Shown here: positions 25,941 to 41,495 of the stretch, in pieces
How the letters are laid out: each line of letters starts with the position of its first letter
Numbering within the stretch: the stretch's first letter is position 1
Assembly (NCBI GenBank): GCA_043228905.1
Contig: JBHGNT010000016.1
Location: 1,240,001-1,304,000, forward strand
Length of the DNA: 64,000 bases
Direction: 5' to 3'
DNA from: Azolla caroliniana
Lineage: Eukaryota; Plantae; Polypodiophyta
The notes under the pieces: model-generated
Database searches by the model: none
The model's input: only the letters and a program-made list of their open reading frames with translations
Told to the model about the DNA's origin: nothing
Position numbers and translations under genes: made by a program

Positions 25941-27019
25941 CACCACCATTTTTTTTTGAGCATCCGAACGAATGGAAACTAGATTGTTCTTTAATCCCGG
26001 CCCCACAATTGCTCGACTTGAAACTAGTGTTTGTTACTCGTCCAACCAAGGCAGACAACCGCAATCAATCAAAGGAAAAAAAAAACGAGGATTGAATTAT
26101 TATTGTGTGACTGAGCTAGCCTTAGGAAAGTTCAGAGAAATAGTACGTCCAGAATGTAATAGAATCTTTCAAATATGCACTTAAAAGTTCACCAAAGACA
26201 ATGACTCCCAACAGTACTGGTGGCAGCTGGTATAAAACCTTCTTGTCATGTCAATTAGTGGGAGAGGTTTTCCTATGTTGACAAGTGTTATGTCTACTTT
26301 ACACTCTCCATCCTTGTAATCCACTTCTTTGTGTCTTATGAGCGTTGAGTATTGAGTTTTTGGTGTCTCGTCTATTAAGTTAATTAAGAATTGAGTTATT
26401 AATTGCCTCCTAGGGAGAACATTTGCAGATATATTGTTTTAACTTTTAATCTTGATTGTGTGTATTGCTTTGTCCTTGAGAAAAAACAATTGTATATACT
26501 CTTATCCTCGAAATGCTAACTAATTTTCTTCTCCAATATATGGTGTGTCTTAACTTTATAACTAATAATCCCTATAGAACTTTTGAGTTAGGCATTCATC
26601 GCATCTTCTATTTGTCATGGCCCATTAACAACAATGTTAGTTTGGCACGACATCATTGGTCATGTGAAAGGGTTGAGTGATAGGCTTAGACAAACAAAAA
26701 TTTGATCTTATCAACAACAAATGTACATCATAAAGGGTCAATTTTAGGCAAGCCAATCAATCGTGATAGCCTTTTTGACTAACCACCCATGTATAAATTG
26801 GTGCCTTCATTTTATGTATATGTTTACAAGAAAGATTGACATGTAGTGAGTGGCAACATGTATTGGAGGAGATACCTCAAGTAGTCTTATCACATGTCAT
26901 AAGCAAAAAAGCAATGTGTAGGACAAACTGAGCATCAAATGTGAGAAGAAAGTGAATGTGCATTTGGCTTTCATTATAACGCTTCAAAACAAGATAGACT
27001 AGGATCTCCAACATACAGT

Positions 27020-27243
27020 CACCATCTAGTCACAACAACCTTGACCAAGCCCTCGTTCTATATTGATTAACCATCCAAGACAACCTAAATGCATGCACTT
27101 GCAAACTAAGGGGTACAACATGGTCCATATCACCATCTAGTCACAACAACCTTGACCAAGCCCTCGTTTTGTATTGATTAACCATCCAAGACAACCTAAA
27201 TGCATGCACTTGCAAACTAAGGGGTACAACATGGTCCATATCA
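27020..27243. repeat. Near-perfect tandem duplication, 111-bp unit x2
   Basis: CACCATCTAGTCACAACAACC...ACATGGTCCATAT at 27020 and 27131. Confidence 0.97.
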
Positions 27244-30200
27244 ACCTAAGCTCAAATAGCTAAAGATTAATTTAAAAATACAATAACTCATTAATGCAAC
27301 TATAATGGTACAATGCAATTGGTAGATGAATAGATGCCCACCTTAGATAATGAAAATTTATACATTGCCAATATAAAGAGGATAGTTACATTCAGTGAGC
27401 CAGTGGTAGGTGATATTTGAATTCAAGAAGTTAGCATTCTAGTTTGTTTACAATATTTGTGACGTATTTTGCTTTTACCCCTCTTTGTGATACATCCAAG
27501 ACATATTCATGTCTATCTACATCCATACACAATCATGGCTACTTTTCTTTGTACCATTTTCAACCAAGATCTTTTAACACTTCCACATATATACACATGA
27601 CCATTTCTACTATATCATGAGCATCATCTATCACGTAATCATTTTACTCTCATATAGTGTCTACGCATCAAATCCCCACTACCAATATATCTTATGAATC
27701 CGACAAGTAATTCGTATGTATGCTGATGGGATGACTCTTTTATTGCGTACGACCCTCTAAAGTACATATTGGTGAACTTCTCTTTTTCATTAAAGAAGCT
27801 TGTTTTTAACATGGAGCAAATATTGACCTAATGCTAGCTCTCCCCAATATACATATACTAAATGGGTTTATTTTTAAGCATTGTATTTTTCTTTTTAGGA
27901 TGGACGATGCCATTACATCGAGGTTTACGTTCAATGACAGTATGCCAATAATATTGAATGCTACGAGGGAGTGAGCAAAAGACATTAGAGGAAGTGAGTA
28001 TGTTGGTATGGAGAATATTGATTGTCCCCTATATAATTTATTTGAGGGGTTTGTAGTGCAAATTTGATAAATCGTGAATGATTTATTCAGTTTTTGGGAT
28101 ACAACGATAATATGAAGTGTTAAACCTCCTCACTATTGTGCTCCTTAAAATATGCACGATTTGTGTAAAACAATTGTTAATAGTAAATACAATGGACCAA
28201 GTTCACCAATTTGTAGACATGCGGTGCACTTTTACAAATGGTCATGGTTATGTCGTGGTCAAGCCATGGATGTATTGTGCATGGACACTCATTAAAACTA
28301 ATGGGTCGTCTGTTTGTTGTGGATGGTCACAAGTGGGCCATGTAGAGAGAACTAACTACTTGTTAAAAGCTCACAAATCTTGGTCATATAAGTTGTGAAT
28401 GTGCACATGTTTACATGGGTGTGGGTTAGGAACAACTTGCATCCCATTTAAGGGTGGTCGAAGGCAAAATGAGTCCATGCAAGACTAGAGGTCCAACAAA
28501 GTAACGGATTTTGGACTTGAATGCTTGATTCTTGTGAAAATAGAAATAAAAAAACTGGAAACCTCGAAGAATCATGCAAGAGGGTGATGTCATTTGAAAA
28601 CTTTATAACATCGACATCAAATATAGGCATTCATACAACTCCAAAAATGTAATCATGTTTATTGCAAGGGGCCAACATGGCTCTTACCATGGAATATTGC
28701 TTTGCTTTTCCAATGATAACCATCAAGTCTTTATATTGGCAAGCTTGGGGCCACTCCCCGACGATAAAGACCATTTCATGCTTCAATACTTACAGTTACA
28801 ACACATGTCTATCTAGTTTGGGAAATAACACAACATCATACCACAACACTATGGCACAACCATGTTTATGTGTAAATCTAGTTTGAATAATATAACTGAG
28901 AACATATTTAGTTAATTTATCATGACAATGCCTAAAATTTGTTAAATAATTTAAAAACAATGTCCTTCTATGCTACGTGCCAGCAGACGATGTCTTGTTT
29001 ATGCATACAATCTCTCTCATTTTGTGTATTTCGATTAATGAACATCTTCATAATGCTTCATTAGACATCATAATCAACAACCAATATATTGTGGGACTCT
29101 TGCAACTACTACATTCATTTGGCAAAACCTCGTTTTTGTTACTTTTCCATGACTTTGAATCGTAAGGGGTCCTAAACTCTAGTATAGATGTCCAATTCTT
29201 TCGTCATGTTACAAACAAACCTCAAAGATTTCATTGTATAAGAGTGAAAAGCATCAAATAAAGAGAACATTCGTAGTTTAAAGATATTTTATTATATCAC
29301 GTATCTATAAGAAAAAGGTGTGTGATTGAGATTGTCCACCATTTAGATTCATCATAAAAATAATGTTCTACCAACGCAAGAATACAAAAGATGATAGAAT
29401 GAGATTGATTACAACGAAAAGAATGAGCACCTTCAACGTACAGTGTAAAGAGAGAGACATCATGCATTATCCTTGATTATTTGAGATTTGATACCTTAGC
29501 CTCTAATTTAAAGGCGAAAAAATGTAGGATAATGGTAATAGTGCATATGGGGTTTGAAGTAATAGATTTCTCAAACACTCCAGTGCTCCATGATAGACAT
29601 GAGATGAGTACTAAAAGAAAAGCAATAACAAAACAAGAGCTAGGTGTCGAAATAAGTCCATAACGTGGAGGCGTAAAGTGTTCGATATCTCATATTTGAA
29701 AGTTATTATTTGTAGTATAGTTTACGTGCATATTTGATTTATAAATATTAATTGACAATGGTGTCAAGCATAGTATGAAGCATATGTGCATTCGCATTCA
29801 AGAATGCTTCAATAATTCGAATATGGTAAAAAGCCTTGAAGTATGGCAAATACCATACTTTTGTATTCATTATTTATTATAAGGTAAAAAAAAATTTAAG
29901 GTATAAAAGTTAAGGCAAAAAATGTTAAAAGAACATAAGAATGTTTTGATAACATACACATTCGCTTGCATTCGTATGAAAAATAATGTTTGCCAATGCA
30001 TTCGAGTATATTACGTGTATGTTGTCAAGTAAATTGAGACATCGACCTTTTCAAGTAAGCATCGCCCAACAAACGATGGGAAGTTTGAATGCTTGAATGG
30101 CATTCAATCCCACATCTTATCGGCCACAATTTACGTCTCTCCAACATGTAGAACAAACATACATGCATTTTAATTTTTATTCGTGCATCATTATCTATGT

Positions 30201-30502
30201 GAATTGCGATAAATGACTCACCAACGAACATATCAATATACATCAATAATAGCATGCCCTTAATGCACGAGAGAAATCATGATAACATCATATGAATTAC
30301 TACGATGCATATGAAGCTCACACGAGAAAGGGATTGCGTGAGTTGCAAAACGTGATTTCATTTCCTTTCGATTGTTTTTATGCAAATGCTCATAAATAAA
30401 ACACGGTTATGAAATTTAAGTACAAAGAGTCAAGAAAGGATACAAGTTGAAAAATGAGAGCTTTTGTTTTTTTTCATAAGTTGTTTACCTCTCTTGAAAT
30501 CT

Positions 30503-32036
30503 TTTTTTTTTTCCCCAAAAAAACACTACTTCCCATCAATTAGCAAACGAAGTACATCAAAGTTCAGCCATAATCAACAAAACTCACACTACTCCACACA
30601 AAACTAAGCATAATCTCCACCCTGCTATTTACAACAAAAGTATCCCGCTAACTCTTTTTACATGGTAACCACATAATTACATCTTCTGTCCACTAATGGA
30701 AGCCAATGATGAAAACAACCATCTCGGTTCTTGGTAGTTCCATTTAGGCCCTGACGTTGAATTTACCATCATAGGAGAACAACCCCATTTCAGCAAAAAC
30801 TTTGACCGAGCCCTTTCTACTTCATCCGAGTTCCCTTCAATTGAGTTGTATCGTCCACGCAGCCAAGCTACCATCTCGAACCAAATGTTTAGCAACACTT
30901 CACCGCTTGGGAGTTTTTGTTGCTGAAAAACAAACATACATCGTCTAGTCCAAATGTGCCAGACCAAGAAGCATGCCACCAACATCCATATCTCCTCAAA
31001 AAACCAGAGTTTGTACCAGGTTTCACTCCAACACGTTTGAATACATTGCCACTATGCACTATAAATCCATGACCATGTGGATTTAGTTGTTCCGCCCAGC
31101 CTGCCCTAGTTAGCTTCAAACCCTGTAAGGACCCCCCCACAACTCTCCCATTCACACCGCATGTTGCCACTATCCTGAGACTTCTACTGTCACAGACACA
31201 CCAAGTGAGGACTAAGACGGAGCACGGATGATGAGGCTACGACGGAGCGATGACGGAATGACACAAGAGCATAAAGATAGAGATGAAGATTAAGGAGAGA
31301 AGATGGGCAAAACAAGAATACTAGATTGATATGTCCACGACTGGCGTTGTTCACCTTGAATTCCTTCAAGGTGAACTCAACTATTTATACTAAGTGGCAT
31401 GAATACATGTTGCACGCATGTGATACAATAGAGCATGTAGGCAGTAGGTACGCATGCATGTGCCAAGTGTTAATAATACAAGGGAAATTTTATGCACGTG
31501 ATGCTAGTTTAAACCTACAATGAGGAAGTATATACATGATTATATGCTAGATGTGTGTATTAACACATAACACTCGATTATAACATGGTCATGTCAAGAG
31601 TTCGAATCTTGACATTGTCCCCCCTCCAACGATGCCTTCCCAAATCATTTGTCGGCTTAAGGGGATATTGTTGATGAAAATCTTAGATCACCTCCAAAGT
31701 ATTTTGTAAATCCTAGACAAGGAGTAACCCTTCCACAAGACGAGGTATTTAACACCAACAGGCATGAGCGACCATGTGTGGTCCTCGCTTAGAACTGGAA
31801 CACAAATATCAACGGGTGTGAGCAACCATGTGTGGTCCTCACGGGGAGAATGAACACCAAGGGGCATGAGTAACCATGTGGGGTCCTTGCCGGGAACTGG
31901 AACGGTCCTCGCTGAGAGTTGGAACACGAACACCAAGGGGCGTGAGCAACCATGTTGTCCTCATCGAGAAATGGAACACAAACGAATCTACCCTAAATGT
32001 TGATTGCCTCTGCACAGTTCCAAAAACAGTGAGGTA
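30503..32036 (-). mobile_element. 5'-truncated L1 LINE with poly(A), interrupted by an LTR element
   Basis: Poly-T at 30502-30512; LVWHIWTRRCMFVF and HCFWNCAEA (zf-RVT); TSD TCTCTTGAAATCT (30490-30502) / TCTCTTGAAGTCT (32037-32049). Confidence 0.85.
31188..31986 (-). mobile_element. Truncated LTR retroelement: 3' LTR (31188-31614), PPT and ~54-bp tandem repeats
   Basis: TGTCA...TGACA termini; PPT GGAGGGGGGACAA on the minus strand at ~31615-31627; TSD TCTAC at 31183-31187 and 31987-31991; LTR homologous to 53400-53907. Confidence 0.85.
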
Positions 32037-33862
32037 TCTCTTGAAGTCTATTTGACATTTGGCTCATAACTTGTTGAATTTATGAGCTCAAATATATTGT
32101 CTCTTCAAATTAGTTTAGAGGATTTTTATGATATCTTCCACACTTTTATATTGTGGCACTTGTCATGACTCACAACTTCTCTTTGTTATTTCTTTAGCTT
32201 TAACACTAAATACTTTGGCACGCTTATCACTTGGGTATTTAAATACACTAGTTGAAGGAAAAAACTAGAAAATATCTCTACATTGGTTAATTATTGAAAA
32301 GTCTCCAGAATTAAATATTGTTTTTCGTGGGTTTAAAGGTAGGACGAGTGGGAAATTAGTTAATATAGGGCTTGGGGCAATGTTATAAAACGACACATGG
32401 CTAAATTGGAGCCATGGGGGTTCAAGTTTATATATACAAAGTAGTGGACAAACTAATCCATTGGAGATAGCAACTCAAAGACCCTATTAAGATTCTATCA
32501 ATGAGACAAAGCTCTCCCATTTTGGATCCTTTATCGACTTATGTAGCAAGGTATGTATATGTAATATGACACCATATATTGGTAGTATGGAGCACAATCA
32601 AATTTTTATATTCATCTCTTATCGTTTGCCCAATCTAGTTGGTGTGTTGAAGCAATCTTTTTCGCGAATTTTGAGAAATAAAAATAAATGTAAACATATT
32701 TGAATCAAAGTAAGATCAATACACTCAATACTTCCCATGAAGCAACTTTAAGATGAAGGAAGAAAAAACGTTTACAACTGAAATGAATTTGGCGAAAGAG
32801 GATCTACATGTTTGCATTAGTTTTTCTATTAGAAGTCTTGTTGATTCATAAGATTGTTCACATTAGGTATAGGAGGAAATAATTATTCTTGTTAGCCGCT
32901 TTTGGTCCCACCATTTTTTGTCTACTCAACACATTCATTAGGAATAACCTTTTGCATATTGAATAAGTTGACCACCAAGTTATTATGTAACTCCATGTTC
33001 TATAGAATCTTTATAAACATTCTTATAACGTGTGTCAATCATTTGGCACATAGTTGCATTAGTTGGAGGATAAAGTTTGATAGTTTTTTTCTAGACTTGT
33101 TCTGGAGTGGTCAACGCTAAATGTTGACAATATGTAAGTTATTCTAGTTTAATCAATACAACACTAAAAGTTGCAAACCTTGCTTCTATATGGTTTAATT
33201 GAATGTGAACCCTCTGAGATGTTGACATGGGATCAATAATAGGATGTGTGGAGTCTCCTAAGAATGGATAAAAACTCATTCAGGAGGTAGAGCAAAGGCC
33301 ACTTATACTTATAACCAAATGCATGTTTTTTATCTCTTTCATTCTTCGCGAATGGAAGTACATCAAGAGGCAGGGGTTCAAAGGTTGGGTGTAATGCTTT
33401 TAAACTAAAAAATCCATGTATTATGATTTCGGATAAACAACTGCAAGTGTACAAATAGAACCCATGATGCATTTGTTCCCATATGTTGAGCATGATATTG
33501 AATTCAATAAAGTTACAATGAAGGGGCACATATGTGGGTTATTGATGGTTTTGGACTTGAAAGTAACGGTTAACAATCTAATAAAAATATAGTCTAAAAG
33601 GTGGTCATCATAAAAATGGAAAAATATCAAATTGCCAGTACAAATACGTAACAAAAGATGGTGACCTAGAACCACAAGTTTCACGAAAGTCAGAAAAGAG
33701 AGTTAAAGCAAATGTAAATGGAAAAAAAGACTAAGCATAGATCCATAGTATCGAATTATTGGACGAACTTGGTAATCGTATTGCGTTATGGCTGGCCACA
33801 TTCTTAGTCAAATGTGAATGCCAAATTTGTAGAAATTTGTAACAATGTTTCATGATTGGATA

Positions 33863-34148
33863 TAACACGTGAACCAAACCGAAGTGAACCACAAAATTGT
33901 TAGGTAAAAATCAAAACCGTTAAACCGCGGTTTCGTGGTTCGGTTTCAATTTTCAACTTAGATCAAAATTCAAAATTTAAAGATTTTTCCTAAAATGTGA
34001 GAATTAGGCTTAAAAATGAAAAGGTTGTTTTAAAATAATAATAATAATTTAAAATTTAAAAAATTTAAAACCGTTAAAACTGAACCGAACCATTAAGCCG
34101 TGGTTTTGCAATTCGGTTCAATTCAAACCGAACCGTTGCCGATTGATA
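33863..34148. mobile_element. Non-autonomous hAT element, deleted copy of the 50201-50710 family
   Basis: Perfect 8-bp TSD ATTGGATA (33855-33862 and 34149-34156); internal sequence matches 50270-50710. Confidence 0.88.
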
Positions 34149-34279
34149 ATTGGATACAAGCATAAAATGTAATAAATGTGTTCGTGCAAGCATCCAAATG
34201 TCTGGAAACGAACACATTTGAAATGGGAAAAATGCATGTTCCTTTTTTTTTCCTTTTTTGTATTTGAAAAGGGAAAAAA

Positions 34280-34680
34280 TAGATGAAGAGGATAAGAAAC
34301 ACAGAGATCGAGACACTGAGGATCAGAAGAAACACATAGACAGAGATGTAGAGGATGATAGAAAAGAGAGAGAGAGAGGGGTGAAGACGATAGAAAACGC
34401 AGCGAAATGGACGAAGATTGATAAGAAACATAGAGACAGAGATTGAAATGGTTGGAAGACAGGGAGAAGGATGACAATGACAAAAAACGCAGAGATAGGG
34501 ATGTAGAAAATGATAAGAAGTGCAAAGATGGGGATGATGATGATAAGAAACATAGAGATAGAGATGTGGAGGATGAGAAGAAACCTAGAGAGAGGGATAT
34601 TGAAGATGATAAGAAGCACAGAGAAAGGTGAGAGGAGAGGAAACATAGAAAGGGATGTTGATGAGAGGAAACACAATGAC
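34280..34680. repeat. Purine-rich degenerate minisatellite, ~33-39-bp units
   Basis: Recurrent GATGATAAGAARCACAGAGAYAGRGATGTRGAG units. Confidence 0.85.
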
Positions 34681-36408
34681 TATTTAATATGGGGAAACCC
34701 TTAACTCTATTAGATTGAAGGAATTAGACTTACCATGAAATTTTAATATGACAAAATTACAATAAGAAATCACCATGCTTCCATTAATAAATATCATGTC
34801 AAGTAGTTATCAAGCCCAAATAATTTAAGTTATTAAAGAAAACATATGTATTTAGGTGCTTGTTTCGTTTAGGAGAGGGAAAGAGATTAAGAAGAAAAAA
34901 AAGCATTAGCCTAGGTGTTCAAATGAAGTGCTACAAAAAGGCACAAAAAATGGATTTATAGGGTTTTATAATGCTTTATGCCTTTCTCACACTCGATTGA
35001 TCACAAAACCTTATATTCTTAACATTTTATCTCCGACCATTTTTCATTTGTGTTTACATTTGCATTATTGGTACCAATGTCACTATAATTGTGTTAAAGA
35101 TTGTCAGACACGAAGCCTATTACAAGTATTTTGCATCTCCACTAATCGAATGTGTGCACACTCTTGGGTGAAACGTTTCACATGCCTTTGGGTGATGTCT
35201 CATAAGGTGAGGGAAGTTGATGTCCATGATTGAAGACGATGATGTAAAGAATAACATGATAACGGTGGCGACTATGATGAATAAGAAGACGATGATATGA
35301 TGGTTGGTGGTGATAGTGTTTTGTGATGGTTGCAACAATGAATGTGGAGAAGACGATGAGAACAATAAAGAATAGGGGTTACGATTATGGTGACGTTGAT
35401 GAGCAAAACGATGATGATTATGTTGTTGGTTGTCCACAACGAATTAAAGTCCACTTATTGAAATTGTGAGGACATGTGATTCCATCAACATATAATATAG
35501 ACCATAGTCATTTTTTGAAATTCCACTCTTTATTTTTTTTCCAACTTTGAGATGATTTTACCATGCACGTTTGATTGAATCATTCTCGAATGCGAATGCA
35601 CGTATGGTTCATTCTATGGATACAAGGAAATCATTTCTTTCTAAAACATAGTTTTGAAAATATACAATCTTGATTGGTTTTCCTTATAACACTTAATTGC
35701 ACTAGTTTATGAAACCAAAAAGATCCCAATTCAAGCCCTAGAACAATGTAACTTTAAGATCATGTAAATGGAAGCATTTAAATATAGCATCATGCTTACA
35801 AGATAGACACTCGGAAATATTTGTGGAATTCAAGATGTTTATGCACAACATTTTGGCAAACAACTTCTTGAGGTTTTGCACATCTAAAACATATGCTCTA
35901 TAAACACTTCTAAAACATTGCTCTACTTACTTAGCGACACAAAATGCTTATAAATTTGTATAGATCTCATATAAAATATGCAAACACTTAACATTTGTTT
36001 CGATGTTATCTACCATGTCTTAAAAAGATATATTGTGGTTACAAGGCATGAATATGTGATGATCCCTTTTCCCCTTTTATGTTTTAAACAAATAAAAACA
36101 TTAGCAATTTGCAAATATTACTTTAAAGAGCTCACAACTCTATGACGACACTTGTAAAATCAAGTCTACTAAAAGTGTCAAAATGTATTTCTATTTTCCC
36201 GGTAATATGTTACATTATTCACACGTTTGATCACCTAGACATCATGCTACCTTTTTGCTCTAGTTTATTGTAATACATTATATGACAAAGCAAGAAATCC
36301 CAATTAGAGGTAAAAACCAAAGAAATGAAGGATAAAAAGATATGGAGCTCCAGGTTTTGTAACTCGACGAACGAAAAAAGCATTGAAAGAGGGGAGTTTA
36401 ACGATGTT

Positions 36409-36652
36409 TTTTTTTTTCAAAAGAACATATCCTTCCATTAGTTTTTAGAAAAGTCATAACAACAACATACAAAATATTTTTCCCAACTCATCTTTATAAG
36501 ATGATGGTTTGAGGAAAGCAATCTATGTACTCCAAAGTAGAGAAAACTAGTCAACTAATCTGAAAGTTATTCTGTAGCCACATTCCAGCTACTTGCAGTC
36601 CCATATATCTTAAATAACTTGCATCTCCCAAGTCAAACTCAAATAGACCCAT
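36409..36652 (-). mobile_element. Short poly(A) retroinsertion (5'-truncated LINE) with 20-bp TSD
   Basis: Perfect direct repeat GAGGGGAGTTTAACGATGTT at 36389-36408 and 36653-36672; poly-T at 36407-36417. Confidence 0.85.
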
Positions 36653-37226
36653 GAGGGGAGTTTAACGATGTTCTAGGGTAATTGTTGATAAACCTCGATA
36701 AAGAACAAGGACTCAAAAGTCTCTCGAGAGGGAAGAGCATGAAGTTGGTCTGGGATGGATATAACAAGGAGCATAGCAACAAGCACACAAAAGACAAAGT
36801 TACAAGGATTTTGTGAGGCAAGTATATATGGATGGGTGGTAGGTTGATGATAGGAGGCTGTGGCTTGGTGCCCCCGAGAGTCAGAAATCTTGGTCTATCG
36901 GGGAGGGGGGAATTGTAGTAGATGACATACCTCTACATTAGCTTAATGAGAGAGCGAGCAGGTCGCAGGTTTGACCCTATCTACAGAGTCTCGGAAATCT
37001 CGAGGTGATTGTAAGGAATGGGAATGGGGGGTCGTGGATAGGAGTCGTGTGTGAGTCTCGACACTTTCCACGCAAATGTTAAAACTTAAGACTCAAAAGA
37101 GTCTCAAAATTGATTTACATGTTGTTTTTTTTTTTTTTGGGGGGGGGGGGGGGGGTCGGTATATATATGTATAGTTATTAGTAATAATAGTCTATAGACA
37201 ATTATATGAACTGAGGAGTTAATGCG

Positions 37227-37279
37227 CACGTGGGAATTAAACTGAAAGGAGCACGTGCGCAACTCAAAGTGAGCACGTG
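37227..37279. promoter_or_regulatory. Triple G-box cluster in the putative MAPK promoter
   Basis: GCACGTG three times, with CACGTG at 37227, 37252 and 37274. Confidence 0.5.
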
Positions 37280-37479
37280 GAGAAAAAATGGGAATACGGA
37301 CATAAGGGGGCAAAAGAAGAAGAAGAAGAAGAAGAAGCATGTGTTTTAATTATTGTAATGATTGATGGCTAACCACTTCTTACTTTAATTAACTACCCCC
37401 CCCCCCCCACTCCCTAATCTCTCTGCGTCTCTTTTAATCATATCATTATTCATAATTAACTCTCCAGTCGCCTGCAGAT

Positions 37480-38835
37480 TACAGATCAGGGTCCCCCTTA
37501 TATCACACAATAGTTTAAGGTTTCGTTTTATCGCAGACATGCTAGGGTTTTAATTGCCTGTAGACCAGATCAGGGTTTCAATTTTTTGTCACAGGTAAGG
37601 ATCCTTTTTATTATTATCTCTCAGATCAGGGTTTCCTTTTACCATAGGTTCCTTTTATCACACGTAGCTTTAGGGTTTCGTTTTATCGCAGACATACTAG
37701 GGTATTATTATTGCCCATAGACAGATCAGGGTCTCATTATTATTTTCAAAATTTTTACCGTAGATCAGGGTTTCCTTTTACCATAGGTTGGGGTCTCCTT
37801 TTTACCACAGGTTAAGGTCTCATTTGACCACAGATCAGGGATTTTCGTTTTTATCGGAGTTTGGATTCTCCTTTGATCAAAGATTAGGGTTTCGTTTTAC
37901 TACACACTAGGGGTTTGTCTATACAGATTAGGGTTTCGTTTACACCGATTAGGCTATAATTTCATCACAATTTTAAGCTTTTCTTTCATCGCAATTTTAA
38001 GGCTTCATTTTATCACAGATTAGAATATCGTTCTCACAGATTGAGCTCTCATTCTCACAGTTTACGGTCTCGTTTCCGCAGAGTAGGCTCTCGTTCTCTG
38101 AGGTTAGGCTTCAGGAATCTTTCTCTTTCTCTCCCTCCCTCCCTCTGTTTCTTTGTCATCAGTCATAATTCTATATATCACAGGTTAGGGTTTCATGGTC
38201 TAGGTTCTCTCTGTTTTGTTAAAAGCTCAGATTTCGGTCTTTTAGGTTTTTTTACTCCATCTAAGATGTTTTATTAGCTAGAGAGCTCATCACAGATTAG
38301 GATTTCATTAGATTCTGCCTAGGACCTTTTTTTCAAAAGTATATCAATACAGACTAGAGTTTCACTACGCTCTGTGATCTTTGTTTTATGTAGGCTACCT
38401 CAATACAAATATTAGGGTTTCTAAAATCTCTGTAATTTTAGTCTAGCTCATTATAGGGTAGGGTTTCTAATATCTCAGTTTTTTGGCCTCGATAGTAAAA
38501 CACAGGTTCATAAGATTTGTCCTTGTTAGAATACATCACTTTACAGGTTAGGGTTTCTAAGATCTTTGGTTTCTAGGCAAGCTCAAAATACAAAAAGCTT
38601 TAGGGTTTCATTGAACTCTGTGAAAGATCTATGCTATTTTATTAGCTTGCTGAATACAAAGATTAGAATTTCTAAGATATCTCTTTTTTCTTGGCTTCCT
38701 CCTTAGAGAGTAGGGTTTCAAGAAAGACTGTTTAAGATCTCTGTCTTATAGGTTTTCTCCATATAGAGTAGAGCTCCACAAAAATCTGTGTTGTTTTCGA
38801 GGATAACCCAAAATACCAAAATTAGGGGTTTCGTG
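37480..38835 (+). repeat. Dispersed telobox / CAGATYAGGGTTT motif array upstream of the MAPK ATG
   Basis: About ten perfect TAGGGTTT plus several CAGATCAGGG variants, nearly all in one orientation. Confidence 0.85.
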
Positions 38836-38934
38836 AAGCTCTATCTAAGCAGATCTTGGAGCTAATTTTGTATTAATCATCAGAACGTGTTGGATTATAT
38901 ATATATACACACAACGTTCACTTTTTTGGGAAGA

Positions 38935-41149
<2,215 letters not shown>

Positions 41150-41495
41150 CGATCCATCCATACATCCATTGTATGCTTGGTGTAAAGAATTAAATAAAAA
41201 TAAAGCCATCACATTTGATCAATTATCATGACACACGATGATTGTGTTTGATCGGTGGTTACCGGGGGATTGGGTGAAAAGATTCTACAAAAAGCCTCAG
41301 TTTCCTCCTGTCTGTCATTCAATTCTGGCTTTCTTTTCTTTCCTTTTGCGGTATTTCATTTTTATTTTTTTGCCAAAAGTACTCATGCTCAAACATTTGT
41401 ATACCTGATTGTGGAAAAGCCAATAAATGAAGCACAACTTCTGCCACCAAATGTAATGACATCAATTGGAATGTGTATTTTGGCATTTTTATCTA

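Larger units (their letters stand above)
29769..35618 (-). mobile_element. Old ~5.85-kb hAT transposon with decayed transposase and nested insertions
   Basis: Inverted termini CATAGTATGAAGCATATGTGCATTCGCATTC (29769) / reverse complement CATAGAATGAACCATACGTGCATTCGCATTC (35618). Degenerate 8-bp flanks GTGTCAAG/GATACAAG. Minus-strand remnants LLRICTGN...WEQMHH...ALHPTF (33.4-33.7 kb) and a BED-like C.FC near 34.93 kb. Confidence 0.6.

Noticed and set aside
26400-29200. Possible MULE/Helitron remnants and short ORFs (28117, 28662)
   Set aside because: Only weak Cys-pattern hints; no termini or convincing motif.
34074-35454. Charged or hydrophobic ORFs on both strands
   Set aside because: They arise from the purine-rich minisatellite and GAT-rich low-complexity DNA.
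37480-38835. True telomere or interstitial telomeric tract
   Set aside because: The motifs are single units separated by spacers, not tandem (TTTAGGG)n.
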